DNA of 64,000 bases. Source: Octopus vulgaris (Eukaryota). The first letter of the stretch is position 1. The number at the start of each line of letters is the position of its first letter. The DNA is taken from contig OX597826.1 of the NCBI GenBank assembly GCA_951406725.2, positions 53,630,001-53,694,000 of the forward strand. The letters run 5' to 3'. The position numbers and the translations under genes are program-made. Of this stretch, positions 12,131-24,515 are shown piece after piece. The notes under the pieces are model-generated. The model saw only the letters and a list, made by a program, of their open reading frames with translations. It had not been told where the DNA came from and ran no database searches.

Positions 12131-13649
12131 GCCTTTTTTATTTTAAATGCAAGAATAAATTACGTGAGTAATTTCAGACTTTTCTTGTATATTGATACGC
12201 CCAAGTGACTTAATAATTTAATGAGAATAGAAGACTAATTGATTTAATTTTTTTTTTATTATCATTTTCTTTAACAGCCTCATCAGAAGAGGACAGGCAA
12301 TGCTTATGATCCACTTTAAAGGCATCTGCAACAGGTGGATGGAAGTGAGGAATTTTTCCTTTGGCCACAGACCTAACACAAATGCTTGCATCAAAGGCGT
12401 CCAATGGCCAAGAGATGATGTTAAACCTTGTGAATTAAGTCTGCTACACTATAACAAGAATGGTTCCTTCAATTAGATTTTACACACTTTCCATGTACCA
12501 CATTACACTCACACAGCTGGAAGATGCAGTAAAAAAAAAGAATTGCTCAAGGTGCTGTGAAGAAACTCTCTTAACTTCACATAAATTTCAACATGATTAT
12601 AGAAATAGACACAAACAATAAAGGTAACAGGTGTTAGAAAGAAATTTACAAAACTTTACAGTAGATCCACTCACCCTTGTTCTCTTTAATAGTGTTTTAG
12701 TAAAAAAATTATAGATGACCTGGGTACTGAAGCTCTTATTTAAATGAAAGTTTCTAAGTTCAACTCTAATCTAAAGAACTGTAGACGTAATGTTTATATA
12801 AATGTCTAGAAAATTCGTTTTTATGTTCATTTCTGTATGCTAGCATTGGTCAGTTCATCTTGAATTGTTTCAGTTAATGGATTGTGGCTACACCCTGAAG
12901 GGTTTTAGTTGAATGTAAGACCCCAATACTTAATTTTTGGGCCTGGTATTTATTCCACCAGTCTGCTAAGTTATGGTGATGTAAACAAACCAGCACTAGT
13001 TTTCATGTAATGATAGGAGACAAAATCTCCCTCTCTATCTCTGGCCAAATAACCATGTACCTCTACAGTAAGACACCGGTTTCTGTCTCTCTGTCACACT
13101 CTAACCTCTCATCATCTGGCACAACATCACCTCCTCCAATCCCCCCCTCCCCTCTCAAAGGATCTTTGTCTTGCAAGTTATTTGGTGACCCTGCAGTGCT
13201 GGTGCTATGTAAAAAAAATATCCAGTCCACACTGTAAAGTTGGTGGTGTTTGGAAAGGGCATCCGGCAGTAAAAAGCCATGCCAAAACTGACCTTTCTTG
13301 TGCTTGTGCCACGTAAAAAGCACTCAGTTCACTCTGTAGGGTGGTTGGTGTTAGTAAGGGTATCCAGTCATAAAATTCATGCCAAAACAGACACAGAAAT
13401 CTGATGCAATCCTTTACCTGGCCAGCTCTTGTCAAACTGTCCAACTCATGCCAGCATGGAAAGCGGACTTCAAACGATGATGATATTTATACAACAGGCT
13501 TCTTTTACTTTCCATTTACTAAATCCACTCACAAGGCTTTTGTCACCGCAAGGCTACAGTAGAAGAGATTTGCCCAAAGTGCTATGCAGAGAGACTGAAC
13601 CTAGAACCATGTGTTTGGGAAGTAAACTTTTTACCACACATCCTCACCT

Positions 13650-14040
13650 CTTTTACTCTTTTACTCGTTTCAGTCATTTGACTGTGGCCATGCTGGAGCA
13701 CCGCCTTTAGTCGAGCAAATTGACCCCAGGACTTATTCTTTGTAAGCCTAGTACTTATTCTATCGGTCTCTTTTGCTGAACCGCTAAGTTACAAGGACGT
13801 AAACACACCAGCATTGGTTGTCAAGTGATGTTGGGGGGGACAAACACAGACACACAAACATACACACTCATATATACGACAGGCTTCTTTCAGTTTCCAT
13901 CTACCAAATCCACTCACAAAGCTTTGGTCGGCCCAAGGCCATAGTAGAAGACACTTGCCCAAGGTGCCACACAGTGGGACTGAACCCGGAACCATGTGGT
14001 TCGTAAGCAAGCTACTTACCACTCAGCCATGCCTACGCCT
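13650..14040 (-). mobile_element. SINE family A, full length
   Basis: Reverse complement, colinear with the family. Confidence 0.85.
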
Positions 14041-15262
14041 GAAAATATTTTATTGAGGCTTTGTTTTACAGCCAGATGCCCTTCTTGTTGCTACCCCTTT
14101 TCAAGTAAGGGATCTCTCATTATGTACATCTTTGAAAGAGCAGTGCTGGGGGATGATTTGGTGGTAGGGAAATGACAAGAATCTTCATTACTTATAGCTC
14201 AGTAGCCTTTTTCCATGCGAAGTGCACAGAAAGTAAACATCTACACAGACACACACACACACATGTGCACGCATGCACACGTACACACACACACACATGT
14301 GCACGCATGCACACGTACACACACAAAGTCAGACAAAATGAGAGAAGACAGGTCAATGACTGAGCAGTGTTTAAAGCAGGCTGGCTCACAAACAGTTGTC
14401 AACCAGACAGATGGTCTCATAGATAAATGTAAGAAGGTGTGTCTACTAGATAGATGGTCTAAGAATGTGTGTATGTATGTGTGTGTGTGTGAGAAAAAGC
14501 TGTGCAGAGTATGTGCTGTCACCACATTAGGAATAATAGATACTATAATTGAGAATATAATACAACTCTTTCAATTCAACGACACACACATGCACAAATG
14601 ACAGGCTTCCATACAGATCATACAGATTTTGTCTACCAAATTAATTCACGGGGTATTGGTTGGCTTGGGGCTACACTATAAAAAGACACTTGCCCAAGGT
14701 TCCACACAGTGGGGCCAAATCCCAAACCATGTGGTTGCAAAGAGAGCAATGCCTATGGATCTTATCATTCTTTTCTTTCTCCATTTAATATATTTGTGAA
14801 GCTTAGAGCTAACATGGCTTGGTGATATGACCCCATGCTGTCTATCAATTAAATTTTAAATAACCTGTCTAACAGCTTGATGAAGTTATATTTAACCTTT
14901 AAATGACAGACATCAATTGATGTTTCATTAGAGAATGGTGAACACCATCAGTTAATGTTTCAAAAATTTTACATGGATACATCTATCATCAATTAATGTT
15001 TGAGTGTCTACTTTATCAAATGTGTCTATGTGTAAGCAGCCCCTATCAATGGGAGAAGTCAAGTCACAAATGGAAAATACAAAGAGTGATGAAGATATTC
15101 TAAATAGCAGAGAACCACACAATGCTTCAACGATCTCTGGATGGAAAAAATGCACTGATGTTTCTCCATTTATATATCTAGTTTGACAACAATGTGGGAA
15201 TCTCATATGAATTTACGATCATGTCAGATGCAAAGGAAAGTGAAAATTTTGTACTTATTTAA

Positions 15263-15482
15263 CCCTTTAGTGTTTAAACCGGCCACATCTGGTCCAGATA
15301 TTCAACTTGTTTTATATTTGAACTAGCCATATCTAACCACTCACACCTAACCTACATTGACATTCTAAAAATAAGCAATCACATCATTGAAACCTCAAAG
15401 CTGTAAGACAATGCATGAGTAATTCAAAACAATTTGAGTGAAAAAGTATTACATTTAACAGAGTAATCTGAACACTAAAGGG
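15263..15482 (+). mobile_element. piggyBac-type MITE (220 bp)
   Basis: TTAA on both sides; 12-bp TIR ccctttagtgtt/aacactaaaggg. Confidence 0.85.
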
Positions 15483-15601
15483 TTAAAGTGAAAATTATTG
15501 CAAAAATTACCCTGTTTTTTGGGGTGGTTTTTTTGCCCATTTAGTACACACATCCATGCAACCCTTACCTGCCATTCAAGAGTTAAACTATTCATACTTA
15601 C

Positions 15602-15683
15602 CACAGAGCTGAAGAACTGCAGCGTCTCTTTTATTGTCCGTGCCCATCGCCTGAGATTTTAACCGCTTATAAGCGGCGTTTGT
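15602..15683 (-). CDS. Candidate internal 82-nt exon of an unidentified host gene (open frame TNAAYKRLKSQAMGTDNKRDAAVLQLC)
   Basis: Minus strand: polypyrimidine acceptor ttctctctctctttctgcag| and donor tg|gtaagt. Non-repetitive and CpG-rich relative to the surroundings. Only one of three frames is stop-free. A second strong donor, cag|gtaagg, lies 33 nt further on (15569). Confidence 0.65.
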
Positions 15684-16272
15684 CTGCAGAAAGAGAGAGA
15701 GAACAATTGGAAAATTAAGAGAATGGCAATAATAGTAAATTTTAAATATTGGAATTCTATAGGAATTCTTTTAAACAAAGATTTTCTTAATGATGTATAT
15801 TAACAAATTTAGAATTTACATGACATGGTTGTGAAGCTGTTCTGTAGTACAAATATAGTAAAGTGTAAATATAATCTTTAGTTACATAATATAGACTTAA
15901 TCTTACATTGTGTAGTCATCATGATCATAATATAATGTACATATACCATAGTTATAGTCGTCAGTACATATTAACAATAGATATACTAAGGATCCTATTG
16001 TATTTTACATGGTTTAGCTATATTATAGACAATAAACAATGAAGAAACCACCTAGTGGACCGACTAGAAATAGCAGACAAATCTCTTACAGATTACCCCC
16101 AAGGAAAGGAAGAACACATTGGACAACGTAGTTCGTGACACATAAAAATATGGGATGGGCATGACTGGAATATATTTGATCAGAGGCTTTCTCAATCAGG
16201 GCTGACCTGGTGCTAAGAAACTTGGGGTATAGATATAATATAGATTTACTGTACAGAAAGGTGATAGACACA

Positions 16273-16858
16273 GTTTTATCTTTTATCTTTTTCTTGCTTC
16301 AGTCATTGGACTAGGGCCATGCTGGAACGCCATCTTGAAGGGGATTTAGCTGAATGAACCAACTTCACTGGTTATGCTTTAAAGCCTGGTACTTATTCTA
16401 TTGGTAATCAAACCAACATTGATTGTGATGGGGGACAAACTGAGAGAGAGAGAGAAACACAAACACATGCACACACACACACATATACATCCCCCACACA
16501 CAAACACATGCACACACACACATATACATCCCCCCACACACACACGCAAACACATGCACACATATACATCCCTCCACACACACACAAACACATGCACACA
16601 CACACATATACATCACCCCCACACAAACACATGCACACACACACACATATACATCCCCCCACACACAAACACATGCACACACACACACATATACATCCCC
16701 CCCACACACACATGTACACACATATACATCCCCCCACACAAACACATGCACACACACATATACATCTGCATTTGTATGATGGCCTTTCAGTTTCTGTCAA
16801 TCGAATCCACTCACAATGCTTTGATTAGTCTAAGGTTATAGTAGAAGGCACTTGCCTG
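16273..16858 (-). mobile_element. SINE family A with internal minisatellite expansion, 5'-truncated
   Basis: Family 3' half at 16273-16440 and 5' half at 16775-16858, separated by a ~30-bp tandem array. Confidence 0.75.
16455..16765. repeat. ~30-34-bp minisatellite (caaacacatgcacacacacacatatacatccccc), about 9 copies
   Basis: Direct inspection. Confidence 0.85.
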
Positions 16859-17776
16859 AGACCCAAATCCATAAACTAACCATGTGGTTAGTTTATGGAT
16901 TAAGCCTGAAATGAAATAAACTAACCTAAGTTTATTTCATTCTTTTCTTTGACTAGTTGTGTAACCAGACTGATGTTTTTACATGGTGTTTAGAAGTTCG
17001 TTGCAATATATACATGTGTTTAGGTTAGTGTTAACCTGTTTAGGTGTTGTTGTTAGGCCAACAGATGAGCCCTGATTAAGGAAACTTCTGATCAAAATGT
17101 TCCAAACAAGACCATCACATATTTTTCCAGATAGTATCTACAGTGATTTTCCTTTTCTAAGATGTTAGGAGGTGCATTGAAGGAGATTTGGTAGCTATTT
17201 CTAGCTGGCCAAGTGAGTACATGGTGACCCTGCCTTCTTTTGGCTTGACAGTTAAGAGGTTGCTATTGTTGTAACTTAGTTCTTAACTTCTGACAGAGTA
17301 TATCTATAAACAAAGGCTTTCCAGCTTGACCACTTTACCTTATATTTTAGACATTGTGTACCAAGGACTACATTATCAAATGTGCCTGTTTGCTTTTTAC
17401 GATAGTTTAGTGTGATTTGGAAGTGATTTGGCTGCTATTTCTAATAGGTTGAGAAACAATGTAGAGACTACCTTGTTTAAGTTTATAATGTAGTGTTACA
17501 GAAGTGTAAATGAGGTGTTGAGGTACATGTTACATGATGCATATAGGCTTGAGTTGAAATCAAATATATATGCTTAGGGTTCAACTGAAAGGGTGTGCAT
17601 GAAATGGCTTAAGTTTGATACATAATAAAGGTTTGTTGGTTCAAATAAAAATATATAAATACATAAAATATGTAATCAGAAGCAGATCATAGATTAGAGA
17701 AGATCAATCATAAAGTGAATAGCAAAAGATAAAGATAATAATTTGTAATTAGCAATGGAAACAGTATTAGTTCAAA

Positions 17777-17938
17777 ATAGCATTTTGTATATCTTACTTA
17801 ACATGGATATACTGCAGAAAGCCAGAAAAGCATCTCGTACAGAGGTACAGCGCTAAGGAGCACCGGAATAGATCAGTAGCAGACAAAAAAGTTTATTTTA
17901 CAGTATATCCACGTTAAGTAAAGTATACAGAATGCTAT
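17777..17938. repeat. 38-bp inverted repeat (arms 17777-17814 and 17901-17938, 86-nt spacer)
   Basis: Arm-by-arm pairing gives 34/38 Watson-Crick pairs; the remaining four are 2 G-U plus 2 A-C on either strand. Confidence 0.9.
17798..17811 (-). other. Candidate 14-nt microexon (tatatccatgttaa)
   Basis: Minus strand: tgcttttctggctttctgcag|tatatccatgttaa|gtaagat, with an upstream branch-point-like tactgat and several UGC/YGCY motifs. Same strand as the 82-nt exon. Confidence 0.35.
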
Positions 17939-18299
17939 AAAGGGTACAGTTTAATTAAACAAGACAGGTGATAGAAGGGGACTGAGCAGAGTGGAATTCT
18001 TCAGCAACATCTGTGCTTTGAAACTGTTTTGAATTGATAAAATAAATACCAGTAATATACAGGGCTCAATTCAGTCAACTATGAATTTCTAACAAAAACC
18101 AAAAAGACCTTGTGCCTATTTATTAATCTTTATTATGCTAGTACAGGCTTGTTTATAAAAAAAAAATGATAATATAACCATATTTTATGTGATTCCTGCC
18201 ATGCTAAAAATCTTTAGATTAGAAGGAAAATTTGGACATCAATATCTTTCATCCTAGAAATATTTTCAAGTAAAACAGTCTAAATGATTTGTTCTGAAT

Positions 18300-18735
18300 G
18301 GTAGAGGAATGACCAAAAGAGTACAATTGCAAATCCAAGTGGCTGAAATGGGGTTCCTCCAAAGGTCTGTGAAATGAGATTCCTCTAAAGTTCTGTGAAA
18401 TGGGATTTCTCCAAACGTTACTTGACAAGGTGCAGCTCAGAGATTAGGAGTCTCTCCAAGTCATGCTAGTACTTTTCAGCATTGGGAAGTCACAGAATGT
18501 TGTAGGAACAATTTTCAAGAAGAATTCTTCAAGCTGAGCCAACCAGCAGAAGACTTAGGGAATAGACCAAGAATAGGGTGATTGGATAATAACCATAGTC
18601 TCAGTTAGTCATGCTTGGGAATCCAGCCAGGAAGTCTAATGACAGCAGCTTTAGAAAAGGGCCCTATGGAGGAAGCATCTGAGGACTCTACTCTGACAAC
18701 TCTTCCTGGAATAGCGGATGGAGAAGATGAATGGT
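18300..18735 (+). mobile_element. RTE (Expander-like) LINE 3' remnant
   Basis: Fragments IQVAEMGFLQR, RILQAEPTSRR and RPRIG*LDNNHSLS*SCLGIQP resemble the RTE ORF C-terminus (IQAAEMGFLRR, RILQAEP.GRR..GRPR.RW.D..LGI). Ends in a ggatgga..gaatgg tail. Confidence 0.65.
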
Positions 18736-19225
18736 GTTTCTGTGACGTGTCCGAAACATTAAAATATCTTCTTTACTAAACCTATGACTAATTTATTATT
18801 TAATATACATCCTACAAAATTACAGCTGTTTGTTTGTAGAATTATAAACCAAACATAAATAACCTGTCCATCCTTTGTGGCTTGTATATTTATTTATTTA
18901 TATCACAGTCTGTGAACAATAACATAATTAGTTTCATGTTTCAAATGGGCTAATTACCGGTCTGTTGCATTCTCAATGGTGACAGTCACAAGAGACCGTC
19001 TGTATAATTCAGTGCTAACAAATATCACAAGAGAATTCATTTGGAATGCACTGACTTCTCAGTTTTCTTGTTTTTATTTATATCCTTTATCACTATACAC
19101 TGGTGATAGATATCCACATAAATATATATACAATGGACTTCTGTAGTTTCTATCTACCAAATTCCACTCACAAAGTACTGACCAACCAATGGTTACTGTA
19201 GAAAAAGTCTGGAACCATGCATCTA

Positions 19226-19417
19226 TGAAGTGAACTTATCCACAGTAGCTATATACACCAAGGCAGATAGTTTTACATCAGTAAAGATTCACCAAATATT
19301 GCACATATTGTTTTCAAATTTTGAAGTGAACTTATCCACAGTAGCTATATACACCAAGGCAGATAGTTTTACATCAGTAAAGATTCACCAAATATTGCAC
19401 ATATTGTTTTCAAATTT
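19226..19417. repeat. Perfect 96-bp tandem duplication
   Basis: tgaagtgaacttatcc...ttttcaaattt occurs at 19226 and 19322 with no visible mismatch. Confidence 0.9.
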
Positions 19418-20312
19418 TGGCACAAGGCCAGAAATTTCAGGGGCAGGGCTAAGTTGATTACATTGACCCTAGTGCTCAACTGGTTTTATTTTATTGACCC
19501 CCCCCCCCCCAAAAAAAAAAAGATGAAAGGCAAAGTCAACCTCAGAATCTAAATTTAGAATGTAAAGATGGACGAAATGTTGCAAAGTATTTTGCCTGGC
19601 ATTAGATATATTGACATCTATTAACTAAAATGACACTCAAAAACCAATTATAATTAAGTAAAATATCAATTAGAAATGATACTTCAAATATGTACACAAA
19701 TGAGAAGAACCCAGAGAATTTATTTTTGTGTTTCTAAAAGATGAGCTATCTTTTATAGCAGAAAATTTAATAACCTTCAAAGATAGCCTCTTGAAGGTTT
19801 CAGAGAATCAAATGCTCCTTAAGCCATTGAATCACTGAAGAACATGACTTTATCAAATATGCATCCAGTGTACTGGAAAATCTATTATTCTGCAGATATT
19901 TAGAAAATCTTTATCTTGCTGCATTAGCTTCAATGGCTTCTAGAAAAACATATCTAAATTTCTATGTCGCTCCTTTTAACTTCCTTATCTTTCATTAAAT
20001 AATGTCTTCTCAGCATTTTGCAAGCAAATAGCAATTTTATGATTCAATTTTCCAGAGAATTACTTCAGTTAAAAATTAACCATGCACATCATATGGTCTA
20101 TTTTACTACACTGCTCAAGTGAAGCATCATAGAAATCATCAGGGACAAAATAGTTCTAGTATGGCTATGAAACTACAATAAAACTAGTAATTGAGGAACT
20201 ACAGTCAATAATATTTCTAAAAATTGACGTTCTCAACAGAAGGAAGACTTTCCTGCTTATCTCTGTCATATTAAACATCGATCCAGCGATGATTCAAGGA
20301 AAACATTTAAAG

Positions 20313-20690
20313 CAATGGTTCACAAACTTCTTTCATTTTTTTTTCTTTTTTACAAGAAGTATACTTCAGAACAAATGAAAATATATTGGTGTACTTTGTG
20401 CACTGATAGACTCTGTGCATAAAGTAAAAAAAGAAACAAAAAAAAATTGTATTGAAAAATGTTATTCATATAGTTTAGTCTTTAACAATAAATATTTTAA
20501 ACTACAGAAAATTATCAAGTACTTATGCCTGTCTATTTAATAAATGAAGCTAAGTTAAGAAGCATTTATTTTTAGAATTACCATTTTTTTTTCTCTTTCA
20601 TTTTTTAAAAAAGAAATGTAATAGCTGTTATTGTTGTGACACATCTAGCTTGATTTCATGGCACACCAGTGTGCCATCATACAATATTTC
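20313..20690. mobile_element. Possible decayed hAT-type MITE
   Basis: caatggttcacaaactt start resembling CAGTGGTTCCCAAACT, and a subterminal palindrome atggcacaccagtgtgccat; right TIR not clear. Confidence 0.3.
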
Positions 20691-22663
20691 CAGTGATTTC
20701 AGTCATATAAAGACAAACTAGAACTCACTACATTGTGTGACAGAGTGAAAATTCAATCACATTTTATTGCATCCTTGGTTACAGTACTCTCCATTAAAAA
20801 GACATACTCTCATATGTTTAAATCTACAGAGGTACTCAGTTTGGAGGTAAACTGGCTGTATGGTTAAGGCAGTGGACTATAGGCCAGGAATTCAAATTCT
20901 ATTACAACTATGGTGTGTTTGCACTTTATATTAAGGTATTTAATATTTTAATACCTCACTTTGGAATGCAACAACAGCATATGTAAACAAACTTTTATCT
21001 TTTTTCAGAGGAGTTGAATGTGTATTGTATTGTACAGACAAAAAGGTAATAATTCAAATGCAGTATAGCCCTAAAAACAGCAGAAAGATTGGGTATTATT
21101 ACTAGGATCCTGTGGCTGTTTGTTGACAACTTTTTTCTGTTTTATAAGGATAATAATACCCATTCTTTCTGCTGTTTCACAACTATACTGTGTTTGAAAT
21201 ATTACATTCTTGTCTGTACAATACAATACCTCTGTTTGTTTTTCTAACTCTAAATTTAATTCTGACTTAACAACCAAAATAATTACTGGTACAGAGACAT
21301 TCAGCTATAAAAACTTTGCTTTATTGATAAGTATATCAAATTTCAGGCAAAGGTTCAAAATTTGGTATAGCGATCAATGTTTGTATGAAGAAAAAATATA
21401 AAGTAGTAAGAAAAAAACTGATATTCTTTTCTACTATAGATACAAGGCCTGAAATTTTAGGGTGGAGGTCTAGTTGATAACACCGACCTCAGTGCTCAAC
21501 TGGTTCTTATTTTAACATTCTTGAAAAAATGAAAGGCAAATATTCTCAAATAAAGGTGAAGGAAATGCCAATGAGCATGTCTGACATTTTAACAATTCAG
21601 TCAGGGTGCCACCTTCCTAAAAGTAACATGAAAAAGTGAATGTAAAAGTGTCAAATGAAAAGTGATGTCAAAAGTTTAAGTTAATTTCTAGAAAATAGAT
21701 AATTCAAATCTTTTAATGAGACAAGACAACCTAAAATTATTTTTCAAGAACATAAAATCACAACTGCTACACCTAGCTTATATGTCACACTTGTTACATA
21801 TGAAGCAATACACAACACTCTTCTAGCAACACTACAATGGCCTCTGAATTAACTAGATGCATACCTCCACCTTCCAGGCTCACCTTTCTTTTCTTCCAAA
21901 TCTTACACCAATACATCACACTATTCTTTCTCCCTTGTGGAGGTGCATGACTTAGCAGTCAGGCTATTGGACTCATGATCGTAATATTGTGGTTTTGGTT
22001 CCTGGACCAAGCAGTGTGTTGTGTTATTGAGTAAAACACTTCATTTCACATTGCTGCAGTCCATTCAGCTGGTAAAATGAGTAATCCTTCAATGGACTGG
22101 CATCCCATCCAGGGATGAATATATATGCCAGAGAAACCAATCCTTGGCTCCTTAAAGAGTAATGTGGACTAACCATTCTTTCTCCCTTATAATTAAGAAC
22201 ACCTTCTCCATCCACATATTTCCAATAGACTCCAACTCACAGATGTTTGAACTGAACATCAACTACCTCAACTTCACCCACCTCTGAGAAACCTTCTCTT
22301 TCAACTAACTTATAAAACTGTAGCATGAGTAAAAGTTAATTTACAGTGAGATGCATCTTTAATAACAATCACTTAACAAGAAATACTATTTATATTTCAA
22401 CTAGAGACAAATAAAATACTTTAGATCCTAATTTCATGCTTCATGTCTAACCATTTCACTTAGTAATTAATAATGAAGCAAGCTCCATAAAGTTTCTAAT
22501 GAGCTTAATAAACAGACATGTATCAATTCTTTCTTAAAGATGTTTCAACTTCCCACATATTATCGATATCACTAGTTAAAAGAATAAACATCACACAATC
22601 TCATTTTTCTTTTACAAGCTTTGCTTTATGGCTACTTAAGCAATCAATATTGCATGTGATGTA

Positions 22664-23212
22664 TGAGGTCTGATCAAAACGTATCAGGACTGGTGCTATA
22701 AAAAGGAAAACTGCAACATCAATTTGGCATTCATCTTTATCCTTTGAAGTTGTCCCCTTCTGAAGCCATGCATTTTATCCAGCATTCTTTCCATTGATGG
22801 AAGCATTCCTAGGACTCATTGTTTTGAAATGGTGAGAAGCTGCCTCATTGCATTCTTGGGGATTTCCTCAACATCATGAAATCTTGTCGGAGGTCTTTCA
22901 CTGAAAAGACCGAGCATTGGTTTTGGAGTCATAGCCACAGACCCACTATTTGTCACCTGTTAAGACCATTTTCAAAATGTTCCCATCTTTCTTGATCCTG
23001 TGCATCTGAAACCTGATTTTGCTAAGATGACCACATTCAGCACCCTTTTTTGAACATGCTAATAATTATGTTAGTGTGCTGCCTTCCTAAAAGAGCTCAT
23101 ATTAAAAAATTAAATAAGGTGGCAAGATGGCGGAATTGTTAGCGAGTCAGGCAATATGCTTGGTGGCATTTTGTCCGTCTAAACAGTTAAAATACTTTTT
23201 GATGAAACCTCA
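22664..23212 (-). mobile_element. Internally deleted mariner (Tc1/mariner) element with transposase fragments
   Basis: TA flanks; TIRs tgaggtctgatcaaaacgtat / atactttttgatgaaacctca. Minus-strand fragments LKMVLTGDK*WVCGYDSKT (ITGDETWVYGYD) and RFHDVEEIPKNA...ECFHQWKECWIKCMASEGDNFKG*. A SINE head fragment lies inside at about 23116-23180. Confidence 0.85.
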
Positions 23213-24092
23213 TATATAACTGTGTTCAATCCATGTTACCATGGAAGAGTGAGTGTAAAGCAACCATTATCATTTAAAATCCATGCTCCATATTAGCATG
23301 GATTGGATGGTTTCACAGCATTGTGCTCCAATGTGTGCTTTGGCATGGATTCCATGGCTGGGTGCCCTTCCTAATGCCAATCACTTTACAGCATGTACTG
23401 TTGCCTTTTTCATGGCACTATAGCAACCTGAAAGACTAATATCTCCTTTGACTGATTGGGACTACAGTAGAGAGTGGGGGGGAGCTTTATGGTATGAGAT
23501 GAGGGGTTTAAAGTATAATAGAAGGGGTCAGAACAGGATAGAACAGAACAAATTTCTTGCTGTAGGGGAGCTACAAAGATACTCACATTGTAGTAGAGAA
23601 GGAAGGAGTGACTGGAGTGGAGGTGGGAAGAGATAAAGTATAGTGGTAATGAGGTGTCGGGATGGACCTTAAAGATACAAAGTGAATGAGGACAAGAGAG
23701 AAAGAAATGTGGATGGGCAGAGGTAGCAAGAATAAGTGGGCGGGAGGTGGTTAGAGATAGGGAATCGATAAGCGCATGAAGATTAAGAAGAACAGGTGTT
23801 GAGAGATGATGTGTAGGGAAGGTGGGGAAGAGTAGGTGACAATGGTAGAAATTGGGCAGGCATGAGAGGGGTGAGAGATGCCCTTCTTGTCATCAACCCT
23901 CACCTGTTTCCATGGAAGGTAATATTACCCCATGGCTGGACATGTTTTTGCAGAATGTTGGAAATTAATGACACTGCTTGTACAACAGTGACACTCATTT
24001 ACAACTTTCATGTGATGTCAAGACAAGGAGATATAAACATACACCTTCACACATACATACAATATATGTATGTATGTATGCATGTATGTATA

Positions 24093-24515
24093 TAGGCACA
24101 GGAGTGACTGTGTGGTAAGAAGCCTGCTTCCCAACTACATGGTTCTGGGTTCAGTTCCACTGTATGGCACCTTGGGCAAGTGTCTTCTACTATAATCTCG
24201 GACTGACCAAAGCCTTGTGAATGGATTTGGTAGACGGAAACTGAAAGAATCCAATTGCATATATATGTATATATATACACCTATGTGTGTGTGTATCTGT
24301 GTTTGTCCCCCCCCCCATCACCACTTGATAACTGGTGTTGGTGTATTTATGTCCATGTAACTTAGCAGTTTGGCAAAAGAGACTTATAGAATAAGTACCA
24401 GGCTTAAAAAATAAGTACTGGGGTCGATTCTTTTGACTAAAAATTCAAGGCTGTGCCCCAGCATAACCATAGTCTGATGAATGAAACAGGTAAAAGATAA
24501 CAGATAAAAGATATA
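24093..24515 (+). mobile_element. SINE family A, full length
   Basis: Colinear with the family. Confidence 0.85.

Noticed and set aside
12277-12476. Plus-strand acceptor followed by an open frame (LIRRGQAML...)
   Set aside because: No convincing donor and no recognisable peptide; such signals arise by chance in T-rich DNA.
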